Below, one piece after another: positions 12,220 through 24,460 of a stretch of 42,949 nucleotides of DNA. The DNA comes from Phoronis australis (lineage: Eukaryota; Animalia; Phoronida). How positions within the stretch are numbered: the first letter of the stretch is position 1; each line of letters begins with the position of its first letter. Under the pieces are notes generated by a model that was given only the letters and a program-made list of their open reading frames with translations, did not search any database and was not told the DNA's origin. The stretch covers positions 1-42,949 of the forward strand of contig NMRA01001175.1 of the NCBI GenBank assembly GCA_002633005.1, in the 5' to 3' direction. Made by a program: the position numbers and the translations under genes.

Positions 12220-13416
12220 ATGTCTAGCTTTTTGGACGTCATCGCTAAAGTGACGAAGTTCTCACTTCATTACGACGATGATTTCTTCGATCGGCTCAGT
12301 CATCGGTACACGTTGGCCGTGTTGATTATTGCAACGATCATCACTGGCTCCAAACAGTATGTCGGTGATCCTATTGACTGCTGGGTGCCAGCGCACTTCT
12401 CGGGCAGTCATTCGAAATACACAGAAAATATTTGCTGGATCATGAACACATACTACGTGCCCTACAAAGAAAATATTCCTTTTCACGTGCCAACTCGCGA
12501 AGAGCGAGAGCTAAGTTACTACCAGTGGGTTCCTTTCATCTTATTGTCTATGGCGTTTCTGTTCTATTGTCCTCATATCATATGGCGTCTCTTCAATTCA
12601 CGCGTTGGCCTGGATGTGTCTGGGATCGTCAGCACCATTGACAAGATTGAGCACTTGAACCCCGATAGTAGAGAGAAGACTACCAATTTCCTTGTTCGCC
12701 ATATGGATCGCTACTTCGATGCCCAGCGCGACTTCCGGACCGGATGTTGCGCCAAGATGCAGAACTTTCTTGCCGAGAAGTTGTGTTTACTCGTTGGAAA
12801 AAAGTACGGAAACCAGATGATCTTCACGTACATCTTCGTAAAGTGTTTGTTCATCGCCAACGCAATTGCACAGCTTTTCCTGATGAACGCTTTCCTACGC
12901 ACGGATTACCACTTTTATGGGATTGAAGTCATCGAGAAGCTCATAAATGGTTCCGACTTCACCGAGTCTCGTCGCTTCCCCCGTATCACAATGTGTGATT
13001 TCGAGATCCGCCGTATGGGAGGCATGGCCAACATGCACCGCTACACTGTGCAGTGCGCTCTTCCTGTCAACTTGTTCAGCGAGAAGATCTTCATTTTCCT
13101 CTGGTTTTGGATGGTCATGGTGGCGGCCTTCAGCTGTTGGGGGATCCTACCGTGGATCTTCACACTCTTCCGCCGCGCGCGCCTGCAGTACGTGAAGAAA
13201 TATCTGAAGATGGGAAATCAAATCAATTCGTCTTCTGACGGTAACCTGACCAAAGCTTTTGCAGACAAGTACCTGCGACAAGATGGCGTGTTCGTACTCA
13301 GGCTGGTCAGCAAGAATTCTAATGATATCGTTATTGCGGACATAATACTGTCCTTATGGGAACACTTCAAGAAATTCCGCCGGAACTACCACCCAACGGG
13401 CCCAGATGCCATCTGA
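12220..13416 (+). CDS. inx: Innexin, complete 398-aa CDS in a single exon
   Basis: MSSFLD..DDDFFDRLSHRYT, KQYVGDPIDCWVP, YTENICW, the signature YYQWVPFIL, FPRITMCDF, QCALPVNLFSEKIFIFLWFW and YLRQDGVFVLR. Four TM segments and two Cys per extracellular loop. Start placed at ATG 12220 (codon 32 of the track ORF). Confidence 0.96.
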   Translation: MSSFLDVIAKVTKFSLHYDDDFFDRLSHRYTLAVLIIATIITGSKQYVGDPIDCWVPAHFSGSHSKYTENICWIMNTYYVPYKENIPFHVPTREERELSYYQWVPFILLSMAFLFYCPHIIWRLFNSRVGLDVSGIVSTIDKIEHLNPDSREKTTNFLVRHMDRYFDAQRDFRTGCCAKMQNFLAEKLCLLVGKKYGNQMIFTYIFVKCLFIANAIAQLFLMNAFLRTDYHFYGIEVIEKLINGSDFTESRRFPRITMCDFEIRRMGGMANMHRYTVQCALPVNLFSEKIFIFLWFWMVMVAAFSCWGILPWIFTLFRRARLQYVKKYLKMGNQINSSSDGNLTKAFADKYLRQDGVFVLRLVSKNSNDIVIADIILSLWEHFKKFRRNYHPTGPDAI

Positions 13417-15462
13417 TTCCAAAAACTCCAGCCACAGATTACTGAACTGGACACGATGTCGGTCTTACGTGTATATTATTGAAACATTTCATAGTTGAGT
13501 GTAATTTGTAAACATATTCATGGTCTCTGTCACACTAAGGTATTTCACAGTAGGATAACAAAAATTTAGAGGTGTGGGAAAAACACTTATTTGGACCCAA
13601 TTAAGTGTAATACAATCTGCGCAACTTAAAGATCCTGACACGCTAACGCAGTTCTCAGTACCATCTCAAAACGAGGCCAAACCAAAGTGGGAAACGACCA
13701 AGCAACAGGGAAATCTGATGGAACTCTGGACGGTGGAGGCTGTTTTTTTGCCAAAGTTTCCCTTTCCGCCAATGCTGTATCATTACGAAGACAGGCTCGG
13801 CAATTCTATGAACAAGAAGTCCGCAGGCGGTGTCGCCTTCTGGGCGTCTCTTTGAACAAAGTGAACAGTTTCCGACTACCTCCAGCCCTTCTTTCAACGT
13901 TAGGACGTGCCCGGCCTTTCTGAGAACACGTTTGTTTGATAGGACCTTGTGCATTTGAATGAGTGCCAGTGTTTCAATTGACCGCTGTAGTTTAGTTTTG
14001 GATATTCAGTCTCTTCTAAACTGGGATATTTAATTTGCTTTTATTTCAAGCACTCATTTAGTGCACCTTAGCTTTAGTTATGTCACTTTACTCTGTCGTA
14101 TTACTTTGTACAATTGATTGCATAATTTTTTAGACAGTCAAGGGATCCATGTGTTATATTAACTTTCCCCGTAGCAGATCATTTGGCACACCAGCAAAAC
14201 TAAAAGTTCGAGTGTACTTATTGGAATCGTATGTGAGTGAACGGCCAAGTTGTTATTAAGTCTAGTTATGCACCGTGAAGATGTAGTTCTAAATTTTTTG
14301 TAGTGTACTGTTTTATAGTATAGAATTGTGCCTGTTGTGTTTTGTTGTAAGACATGTAACATCTCGAGGGTACGCGTTATTCTCGAGAGTTACCTGTCTA
14401 CAACAGGCACATAACGCTCCTTCCCAGTAGTACCAGCAGTATGGGGAATACGGCTTTTCATTGGTACTAATAACCAAGAAACATTCTGGCATAAGAATTG
14501 GTTGAAATGAAACATTCGGACATTTTTATGTTGGTTGGCAATTGCTTTGTGGCTTGCAGCTTTTGCAACAATAACAGATAGAATCGATGCATTCTACAAA
14601 CGTTGCCGATAAAACCAAAAAGTCCCTCTACATTTTCTGGCTTATACCAGTACCATTTATTTGCCACATTCGCCAAACTATGTCACGCATGTCAATCTTT
14701 CCAAAGATGGCGCTGTGAAAGAGTCGTTCAGGTTCTTGCGTTAGCGACAACTTGTCCAATGTTGTTGATAGAATTAGTTGTGAAGATTTAGAAGATTTTA
14801 CATTTCAGGGCGGCATTAGCCAGTTAGATTATTGTACTAGTCTAGGACAAACATAATTTCTTAAGCTTTCCCCAACTTTTAATGTACGTTGCCTAATTGT
14901 GAACCGCGTTACCAGGGCGTCCTGGTGCAACGAATCCTATTTTAATATGGATCGTGTTCATTGTTAGGTCTTGATTACACTATTTTTTTTTAGTATAACA
15001 CTCCCCGTGCATAATCCCATGAATGTGTTTTCACAGAGCCGAGCAAGTGTAGNACCCACATTCCTTTGATCGACGCATCCGTCTTTAATCGAATACGTTC
15101 TGAGTTTACGAGAGTAACACACTGGTCAGTCGGCCAAAACTTGATAAGTATAATAAATTCTGATGGCAATGTTATGCCCCAATTGTAGGCAGCACTTTTA
15201 CACACGCAAATCTACAGCCACATATAAACTAAATTAAATTATACACAGCAATGGTTACCGGAAGTCCATGTGTACCAAGGTTTCTCAACAAGGTCCGAAG
15301 TACCTGACATCTATGGTACCGCTACACTTGTATTTTGGCAATTACACAGGGAGTACAAAAGCAATTGAAAGCTAACTGGATATTGTGGAATATTGCTACT
15401 AGCGTAAAATACACTCAACTGGATGGAAAAGGAAAATCCTGCTGTCTGTCGTGCAGACTGCG

Positions 15463-17277
15463 TCGAGCCTTTGATGTGCCGAGAACTTCGCTGGAGACTG
15501 TGAGATGAAAGATGCGTGCATTCTCGTCCATTTGCATGCAAACAGTTAGCGTACGAGTTGCCTAATGTAATATTTGCGCTCAGTACTCAATATTTTGCGA
15601 CGAAAGTAACGCAACTAAGCAACTTTTGCAAGTAAAGACAAGATTCTCCTGAAGCCGTTGTCTTAAAACTGGATATCTCCAAGGCTCTGCGAAATATTGT
15701 TCAAGGTTTTTGTTCCAACAACATGGTTGCAGTATTCGATAATTTTTTGGTGTGCTGCCACTGATACTGATCTCGTCATGATGATGAGTGATGTTTGCAC
15801 GGCCGGTTTGCGCTCACGATGTGCTGGAATTTTTGCAAAGTGAACCAAAAAGGTCATGAAATACGCCTATCATATTTCTTAGGGATGGTATACTAGCCAG
15901 TACTAGCGAAACCGTGTCATACAGAATCCGTGAAAGTTTCTCCCGGCGACGGTGGCCTCCGAGTGGAACCGAACGCAAGGTAATATTTGCGTTTGTATGA
16001 CAAAAATACACACCCTACGCAAATATGCACTTGCTTGTATACACCATCCTGTAAACTAACGAGGTTTTAGAAGCAAACAACACGTATCACAATCACCCAG
16101 AACTATCACTGATCACTATTTGGGAAGTTACCGAGCTAAATTGCGAATTAACGAAGTCATTGACGTTTTTAGTTGGGATTATTCTCTTTAAGCTTGCCTT
16201 ATGATGACTAGGTAACTAAGGAGGCACTGAACAGTTCTGACAGGAATTTGCCTATCAGAACACACGTCAATGGACTTTTCACCCTTTCTTCACTCTGTCA
16301 AAAACTGCATGTAAATAAAGAAAAGTTTTGAGTCATTTCACATCACAAGCCCTGCATATGAGCACTGAAACTTTGTTCTCTTTTGTATTTTTGACCCTTT
16401 CACTCCCAGTTGAAACAAAGCTAGACTAAGAAAAATAAGGACAAAAAATGCAAAAATCGACACTTTTCACCCCAAAACCACGACTTGGCCTGCCGATGGT
16501 CGACTAAAGCCAACATTAGATTCCGAAAGCAAATTTCCTACCGATTCCAAAAAAGTGGTCCAAAAGTACTGTCAAGCAACTAGTTTTTTGCAAATCTGGC
16601 TTGTTTGAAGGCTACCTGAAATCGCGGCCAATTTCTCAGTTGCTACACAGCAATGCACAACTGCAACAGGAGGCCACCATCTTGAAGAAGAATGCAGCTA
16701 CAGCCAAGAAAGTGGCCTTTTTAATTCTCAACATGGTCACAAACTTGAATACAAACAAACAAAATTCACTTGGCCTACATACAATACCTAACTAAAAATG
16801 CCTCCAAGCCTGGCCTACCCCTAGATTTTAATATTTTGGGAGTGCAAATTGGCCGCGGCCGCAGTCTAACTGTTCAGTGCAACCTAAGTAGGTCATTTCA
16901 AGTCATTAAGTAAGCACCTCTCGCATTGGTTATGTCTAGCTAAAATGGTTTACACTAACCAATGAAAAGGAGGATAACATACAGAGGACAACATCAGGGA
17001 AGCCACTTGTGATTGATGTGATTATTTATTTAAGTTGGTCGTTATTTGAACTGGTTATCAAAAGTACATACGAATTCTGTTAAATAACTAGACCCTTTGT
17101 TATAAGTCAACTCTAGAGCGGTGTCTATTTTTTAAAAATTACATCGAGTATGAAAAAGACCTAAATTAAGGCAGTCTCTGACACAGTGTAATATTCGATT
17201 CAAATGATTCAGTAGCATTTGTCAGTGAACTTGTGCTGTCTGATTTCACAGCAATCACAAGTTGTCATTTAGTCTCA
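15463..17277 (+). repeat. Dispersed repeat family B (~1.1 kb), copy 1, interrupted by an insertion at 16224-16880
   Basis: Collinear with 33534-34633 from AGCCTTTGATGTGCCGAGAACTTCG to ATTTAGTCTCA. No recognisable coding domain. Confidence 0.9.
16224..16880. mobile_element. Non-autonomous DNA transposon with 13-bp TIRs, inserted in repeat B
   Basis: GCACTGAACAGTT (16224-16236) and AACTGTTCAGTGC (16868-16880). The segment is absent from the other repeat B copy (empty site near 34227-34250). Confidence 0.85.
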
Positions 17278-17300
17278 AATGTTAGCGTAGGAGTTGTCTT

Positions 17301-18015
17301 GTGTACCAATTCGACCTTCTCGCACTGACGTCTTCGGGGAGTGAAGCCGAGTCGGCCGCCTACTATTAGTATGCGGACAGCAGGGACGGATCCAGGATTT
17401 TGAGTTGGGGGGCTACGGCAGAGTATTAGCCATGATTTTGCCCGTCAGACATACGCACCCCCCGAACTGCCACATGGAATCTGGAAGAATTTTAGGGGGG
17501 CCATGGACCCTTGCCCCCCTCTAAATCCGCCACTGGACAGTCCTGATTTCAGAGTGTTAATTATAGCCTTTTATTGACACACGATTTCATTTTATTACCG
17601 CTTTAGTTTCTAGAAATGTAACTGAAGTTTTTACCCTGACAAAGCCCTGTCGCGAACAGCGCTTACTGATTTCATCGACAAATCACAACGGTACAAAGCT
17701 TTTATAACTTTGGAACAGACAATACAGAAACGAGTATCATTTACCAGAAATAACATCCAGGTGGCAGCACTATAATTAGATACGCACTCAGCATTCGAAG
17801 AAAAAAAATCAATGGCCGCTACTCACTACTGACGTTTGACAGTCAGGGTAAGAACTTCAATTATAGATTTTCCCATTACTTGACACTAAAGCTGTTAGAA
17901 AATTAAATCGTGATTCAATAAAAGGCTATAATTACTACTCAAAAATGTCAGCACAGCGATTAGGACTGTCCGCCCGCCGAAGACGCCAGTGTACGGGAGA
18001 ATCGAGTTCAAACAC
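17301..18015. mobile_element. Old inverted-repeat element hosting the hAT-like MITE
   Basis: The reverse complement of 17961-18015 (..CACTGGCGTCTTCGGCGGGCGGACAGTCCTA) resembles 17301-17380 joined to 17541-17545 (..CACTGACGTCTTCGGGG..GCGGACAG|TCCTG). Confidence 0.55.
17381..17535. mobile_element. hAT-like MITE (155 bp) with 5-bp TSD GACAG
   Basis: Ends CAGGGACGGATCCAG.. and ..CTAAATCCGCCACTG. GACAG lies on both flanks (17376-17380, 17536-17540). An inverted second copy is at 40714-40876. Confidence 0.85.
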
Positions 18016-20767
18016 GCAAAGGCGAGATCTACCTCATTATCTGTTTCACCTATGGCCTGAATGTCTCCTTCACCCCCATCTCTATACCTGTCTCCATAGT
18101 ACTCGTTAAGCCCACTCTCTAAATTGTAAGTCTTCGTTACCTACAAAATTACTGCTATCCTCCATTGCGTATATGCTGTCAACTGATCAAAGTCTTCCAT
18201 TGATGACATCACGTGGCGGGAAACCAAAAAAATCATTAATTTTTCTTCAAAAGTCATCAATTTTCCCCAAAATAGGTGTTTCGCTGTTATAACGGTCTAA
18301 AACCACAAAAAGTGCAAAAATCTATTCTAGGAACGCTTCTAAGTGAAGCCAGAAAGAGGCTGGTCTCTAGGGCTAGGCACCGTGAAATTGTTAAACGCCG
18401 GGTCTCGATCATATCGAACGCGAACTTGTTCTTCAGCGTGTGAAAGGCACTCGTCATACTGGTGCATTGCACACGTGGATTACACTCGCTCTAACGAGTG
18501 CTTAGTTTCGTTCCTTCGCCGCCAGGTGAGAAGGAGTAAAAATACACTCGTATGAATGAGTGCATAACTTCGTTATTTCGCCGTCAGGTAGACGCAGGCA
18601 CCACTCCTACGAGTGAAATGCGTTCGTACTGAGGAATACATAGCTTTGTTCTTTCACCNNNNNNNNNNNNNNAGGGGGGGGGGGGGAGGAGCGGGCCCCC
18701 TGACTGCTGATTAGAAACTTCTACGGCGATGTGTCGCCATTTTGTCACTAGTCCCACTTACCACTTCATATCAAAATAGAGCAGGTTAAATTGTTCAAAA
18801 CAAGTCGGTGACTACGTGGCTTTTATATGGCAGAAGGCTGGCTGGTCTTCTTCTCATTTCACTTGTTGTTCTACACGCACAAATAATGACATTAGCAAAC
18901 CAACCAATGCTGCCCGTTGAAACACCTTCAAATTGCCACTGGACTTTTTCATTAAAAAGTGAATTGAGAAACGTCTTATTACGCTACTTTTTGCTTTGGT
19001 CAATACATACGAGAGCCATAGATCAGAAACTTTCCTATTTTGTGATTAAAATTTCGAAAGAAAATTTAAAATGAAGCGAGAATTTCTACCGAAGAATCTG
19101 ATATGTGGCGAAATTTTTCTTTTTGGTCGCACGAGGGAGTTGCGACGGAATATAAGAAACTTGAAAGCCAGAAGATACGTTGGCCGAGCATGCGCGCTTC
19201 AGTGGTTAATGCGACAGAATGTTTGGAACAATGAGCTATATATCTCATTGGTTTGGTAGACATGGAATACTTTGGGTCACATGCCAGCTAGCGCCTTCTT
19301 ACTCTCGCTAATAAGAGACGAAAAAATCAGAGGAAAGAAGCGTCTGATTCTGTGGTCATGTATTATAACAAATATAGACAGATCCCTTTGGTGCATTAGG
19401 TCATATGGACATCGGGAGAGTAACAGTTCTCTCCCTCTGTTTATATGTTCTGATTTCCCCTCGGGATCTGCCCATATTTGAATATCACCTCCAGTTCGGC
19501 CCGTATCTGTATAGTATCTGAACTCTGTGTTGTTGTTTCACTGCAAACTACCTTCGGGAGTGCTTTGCATTAACCGCATGTGTATTAAATTCCTAAAGAC
19601 TAGAAGTGAGCCTAAACTTTTAAAGGCTTACCGACAGAACCACTGGATTCCAAGTGTGTCATCAGATGATACATGGCCAGACTACTCTAGATAACTGTTG
19701 GGTATTCCAAGACGCTGAATGATCAAAACCAATACCAATTTCAGTAACAACTAGTTCCGGTTTAATTCTCCCACTATCTATTGAACCAAGTTGTGAACAA
19801 GCCGATGTTTAGTATTATACGCGCTGTAATTAATTATTGCTTTTTAGATAACCTGTGACGCCGCCGCTTACATTTTTAAATACGGCTGCAGCGTCACTCG
19901 ACACAGGTAAAATTTCATGACAAAATTGCGATTTTTTACAAACTTGATAAATGTTCGAGACACGATTGAGAAACCTGCTACGACTGAAGTGACTACCCAT
20001 TAACTTAGTTGAATACCACCATATTATCATCAAATATTTGAAATCAGTTTGTGTACATTAATTTTGTAATAAAAGCGCGAAATTGTACACTTGACATTTT
20101 GCATATGCCGGAAGGAACGACAAACAGAATGACACGATGTGACTGACTCATTGCGGGGTTTCATAGGGATCACTTTACAAAAAGCATCGCTGGTGAATAC
20201 CAAAGGGATATTTAGTGAATTCTAGCATTTCCAAATACAACAGTTCACTTGGCTTCTTTTGGCGTAATCATGTAAGATGTAAAGTCTTGAAATTTCCGTA
20301 TAACGTTGCGTAAATGTCATGCAGGACCATATCGGCAAGACTGTATTTAACCAAAATTGTGGATTTTAACGCAGTAAAAGTTCCGACAGAAAACATGCTG
20401 TAGAATTTGATTTTTGAATTTTTACCAAGCTGCCGTGAATTGGGTCACGTGACAATGTCTTTCAACTAAAACCTATCAAAAAATAAAGGTACATTGGTAG
20501 CAAAACAACGGTATCAACAAAATGATCGAATTTTATTTGATTTATATGTTCAAGAGGAGATCTCAAAAACGCTGCTAAAATTTTCTACAAACATCATTTT
20601 GCCTGTTTTTGTTTTATGTAACGTTAATTTTTTGAGATAGTGAAACGTTTTAAAAACAATTCCCAACAGCGTTTTGTTTTGAAGTGTATACTTTGGGTTT
20701 GAGAGTACGAAGTACACTGCCTCATGAACTTTTCAAAACCCCTTGTTAACATACACTTACCTAAGTT

Positions 20768-21250
20768 NNNNNNNNNNNNNNNNNNNNNNNNNNNNNNNNN
20801 NNNNNNNNNNNNNNNNNNNNNNNNNNNNNNNNNNNNNNNNNNNNNNNNNNNNNNNNNNNNNNNNNNNNNNNNNNNNNNNNNNNNNNNNNNNNNNNNNNNN
20901 NNNNNNNNNNNNNNNNNNNNNNNNNNNNNNNNNNNNNNNNNNNNNNNNNNNNNNNNNNNNNNNNNNNNNNNNNNNNNNNNNNNNNNNNNNNNNNNNNNNN
21001 NNNNNNNNNNNNNNNNNNNNNNNNNNNNNNNNNNNNNNNNNNNNNNNNNNNNNNNNNNNNNNNNNNNNNNNNNNNNNNNNNNNNNNNNNNNNNNNNNNNN
21101 NNNNNNNNNNNNNNNNNNNNNNNNNNNNNNNNNNNNNNNNNNNNNNNNNNNNNNNNNNNNNNNNNNNNNNNNNNNNNNNNNNNNNNNNNNNNNNNNNNNN
21201 NNNNNNNNNNNNNNNNNNNNNNNNNNNNNNNNNNNNNNNNNNNNNNNNNN
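20768..21250. other. Assembly gap (N run), probably hiding the GPCR 5' part
   Basis: Run of N. Confidence 0.99.
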
Positions 21251-21252
21251 CC

Positions 21253-21906
21253 ATCCCAGTCAACGTATCCACTGCCATGCTTGTAGTTGTGAATGTGGAC
21301 AGGTTTGTTTCCATTAAGTTTCCTCTGCGATACGAAGGTTTAATGACAACCAGCGTCACAAAAAAGTTAGTAATCACAGCATTCTTTTATGGCCCGATAC
21401 TGAGCTTACTTCTTCTGGTCACCGTGAACGAGAATTTCGTAGGCGACCGCGACCTGTGTTTGTTTCAAACAATATTTCAAAGAACTCCAATAAGAGTCAC
21501 GTATGGCATTTTGACGATTTACGTTCCAGATATCATTATTCTTGGTCTTCATTTTTATGTGATTGTTCTTGCCTATCGCCAACGAAAAAAAATCTTCAGC
21601 GAACTATGTCCACAAGAGATACGACAAAGGGAGCAATACAAACTAACGAAGGCAATGCTGAAATTTGTTGCGCTTAAGATTTTAAGCACTTGGCCTCAGT
21701 TGATTGCTAAGAACGCCTACCCCCCTCCATCTGTAATTGCCCTTGAGGACTGGAAAATATCTTCGCTCCGAGCTTTTTTAACAGATCTTGCAGGACTGAA
21801 TTCACTGGTTAATCCGTTTTTGTATGTATTGGCTGTACCCGTCTACAAGCAAGCTTTTCGTAAAATGTTTAACCGTCACAATAACGTTGGAGGGAGCTGG
21901 AACTGA
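21253..21906 (+). CDS. Rhodopsin-like (class A) orphan GPCR, TM3 to C-terminus; 5' end in gap
   Basis: TM3 NVDRFVSIKFPLRY (DRY-type motif), ECL2 Cys (DLCLF), TM5 Pro (YVPDII), TM6 STWP, TM7 NSLVNPFLY and helix 8 YKQAFRKMF. The visible part is uninterrupted. Confidence 0.9.
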   Translation: MPVNVSTAMLVVVNVDRFVSIKFPLRYEGLMTTSVTKKLVITAFFYGPILSLLLLVTVNENFVGDRDLCLFQTIFQRTPIRVTYGILTIYVPDIIILGLHFYVIVLAYRQRKKIFSELCPQEIRQREQYKLTKAMLKFVALKILSTWPQLIAKNAYPPPSVIALEDWKISSLRAFLTDLAGLNSLVNPFLYVLAVPVYKQAFRKMFNRHNNVGGSWN

Positions 21907-23145
21907 AAGTTTTCATGGACGTCATGCATGTACTTATGATCGAACACATGGAAAAGTCGACAGAGTTTCCTTTTGCGTATGCCCTGTGCCAAGGTAGCGC
22001 ATGGCGGTTGGTGAGGCGCTGTGAAGACAAAGCATTTCATAAGCCTCTATCTGAAAAGACATTTCATATTTTGGGGTCAAAATGACCCATGCGAGTATTT
22101 TTGTGATAGGATCTCTGCAAGGGATTCATGCTTAAATGACCTGAACTATTTGTATAGACGTTATGCCAGTAATGAAACCTCAAACTGAGAGCAAGTTTCA
22201 TACATGGGTCCGTCCTCTAAATTACGATGCTCGTTTTAGCGTTTCTTTCACCTCGGAATATTTTCCATTAGCCGAAGGTGTCGTCAAAGTGATCCTGTTG
22301 TACCATATTTATTTATTTATTTTGTGCGGTGATAACGTCTATTATGTTTAGCAATGACAGTTATGTTAAAGGTTTTATAAACGGTGACAAAGAACTCAAA
22401 ATTCTACAATATGCAGGCGACACAGTCTAGACGTTAGACACCCGTTCCTTACGCAATTACTCGCTCCAACCAAAACATAATTGCGGGCAGTTACGCACTA
22501 AAAGCGGAGTGTCCAGCACGTACTGCTAACGATCCAGCACGTACAGTTACTTGCTTCAACCACACGCGTTACTACCTCGCAGTAACAGTGAACTCCAGGT
22601 GTGTAGTATGCCATCTCGCGAGATAAGCGAGAACGTAATTGGGTGGACATTTTAAAAATCATAAGAAAGAAGGAATTTGGCTTCCACATTCTGAGAGACA
22701 ATGAGCGATGTGAGTATATTTTTAAAGCAGTGCACTTATTGAATTTTCCGTAGTAGTAAGTTAATGTTTCGCACGATGTATTTTATTAAAAGTGGTAATC
22801 CAGTAGTCGGTAATTGACAACTGCCAACACAGCCATTCAGTCATTTCAGTGTCAGCCTCAACTAAGCCTCAAAATTCAGTGAGTGTCGAGTCTTTACCCA
22901 CGGCTACCTACGTTTTACTGTAGTTGTAGGCGTTCTTCCAATAAATCATTTGAGCATCTGCTACTCATCTAATGGACAATTTACCTATCGTCAGGATTGT
23001 GACTGACGGCTTATCTGACCAATCAGAAGGCAGCATTATTGACACACCTTCGTCTGCGTTTCCAAGCCGCCATTTTACCCGACAAACAACATGTTATCGC
23101 TTAATACTTATTTTAGTCTAAAGCACAAGAAATTGTGAGCTAAGA

Positions 23146-23302
23146 ATGGTGAAACGGTGTTGATATGGCGTGTGTTCTTCCGACAGACGTTATGCTGCTC
23201 CAGAATAACACTGTGAACCCGTCATTTTTGGGCATCACCTAAGCTGAAAAGTGATGTCGAAAAGTGTAAACTATGTGCGCACGGCCACACGAGCAGCTGA
23301 AC
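23146..23302 (+). pseudogene. Decayed THAP-like zinc finger (transposase N-terminus)
   Basis: MVKRC*YGVCSSDRRY ... PKLKSDVEKCKL ... RPHEQLN with stops and frameshifts. CCAAT and a GCCGCCATTTT (YY1-type) motif lie upstream. Confidence 0.7.
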
Positions 23303-24274
23303 TTGGCACTGTTGCTTGATTACTTGAAGGTTGTAACAAACACAAATATTACAAGACACGCACTCATCAGTTTGGTGGCCTATCTCAGATTTTGCATCCG
23401 GAGTTTCACACTTCTGATCGCCTAAAATTGTATCGCCACCTGCTAGATCTCAGCACTATAGTCTAGCGGTAGTTCCAGAAATTGTTGTTTTCAAGGACAT
23501 TTTTATTATTTTTCATTTATTTCGACCTAATGGACATCGTTTGGTTTCGAAGCAGAGGTAGTCGTTGGCGTTCAACTGAACTCCTCCCAAAATTGAGAGA
23601 TTCGATTGGCATGGACTGGCACTGGATTACTGAACTCAAAGCCTTGTTCGAGCTGGTGTCACGAAAAAATAAACAGTTGAATTACGTTTTGATGAGAGCC
23701 TCTAGTATGAAAGTTGCCTGTAGAGTTAGAGAGAGAGAGCTCTTTTTCAATTTGTTCAAGCATGATATTTAGATTTATGAAGCTTTCAAAAAGAATTTGA
23801 GGTATTTTTGTAAATAGCCATTTTTGCAAATACACAAGACTTGTCATCGTTTGTAACCATACCACAGCTTAGTGATCACGCTACCTTTAAAATTATCTGA
23901 AAGCTACTTTTATGCAATGAAACTAAAAAAATGTGAAGTTTACCAGAAGGTAGGCCTAACCTAAATGTCTTATAATGGTGCTGTTACGGCCAATTCCATG
24001 CATTAATTTGACATGGACACAACCATTGATCTACCGGAACTAACTGTTTGCCTAGGGCGAGATGAGTGTGTACCTGAGCTATGGGAACATGAGTTTTTTA
24101 ATTCAACTATTTCGTTTTAAGATTAGAAAAGTGTAAACAGTGCCATTGACCTACTTTACTCCGGGAGTCCCACCGGTTGTGACCTACTTTTCACTGGCGA
24201 ACTTTAGCAGACGACAGAATAAAAATCTACAGGTTTATGACATCGTACCAATAATTCGACTTTAAATTATATAC

Positions 24275-24460
24275 CCAGCTTTACATGAACACATCGCATC
24301 AGAGGCCAGCTTGTCATTTGTCAGGTGAAGGTGAACCCGTGGGGTTTTTCGGATTTTCACTGTCTCTGAAATATTTTTCCTCAAGCACTTATTTTTTCAT
24401 CGTTACCTTTACAAATTCCCACATCATGAAAGTACTATTCTCTGCTGAAAAGCATCGCCT
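24275..24460 (-). pseudogene. Decayed SWIM zinc-finger protein exon (transposon accessory ORF)
   Basis: Minus strand FSRE*YFHDV ... then RVHLHLTNDKLASDAMCSCKAG|GT after a frameshift. CxCxAG is the start of a SWIM finger and is followed by a donor GT. Confidence 0.6.

Noticed and set aside
20724-21377. Long ORFs crossing N runs (also 30731-31573)
   Set aside because: Length is an artefact of gaps; only the GPCR, APE and RT parts are supported.
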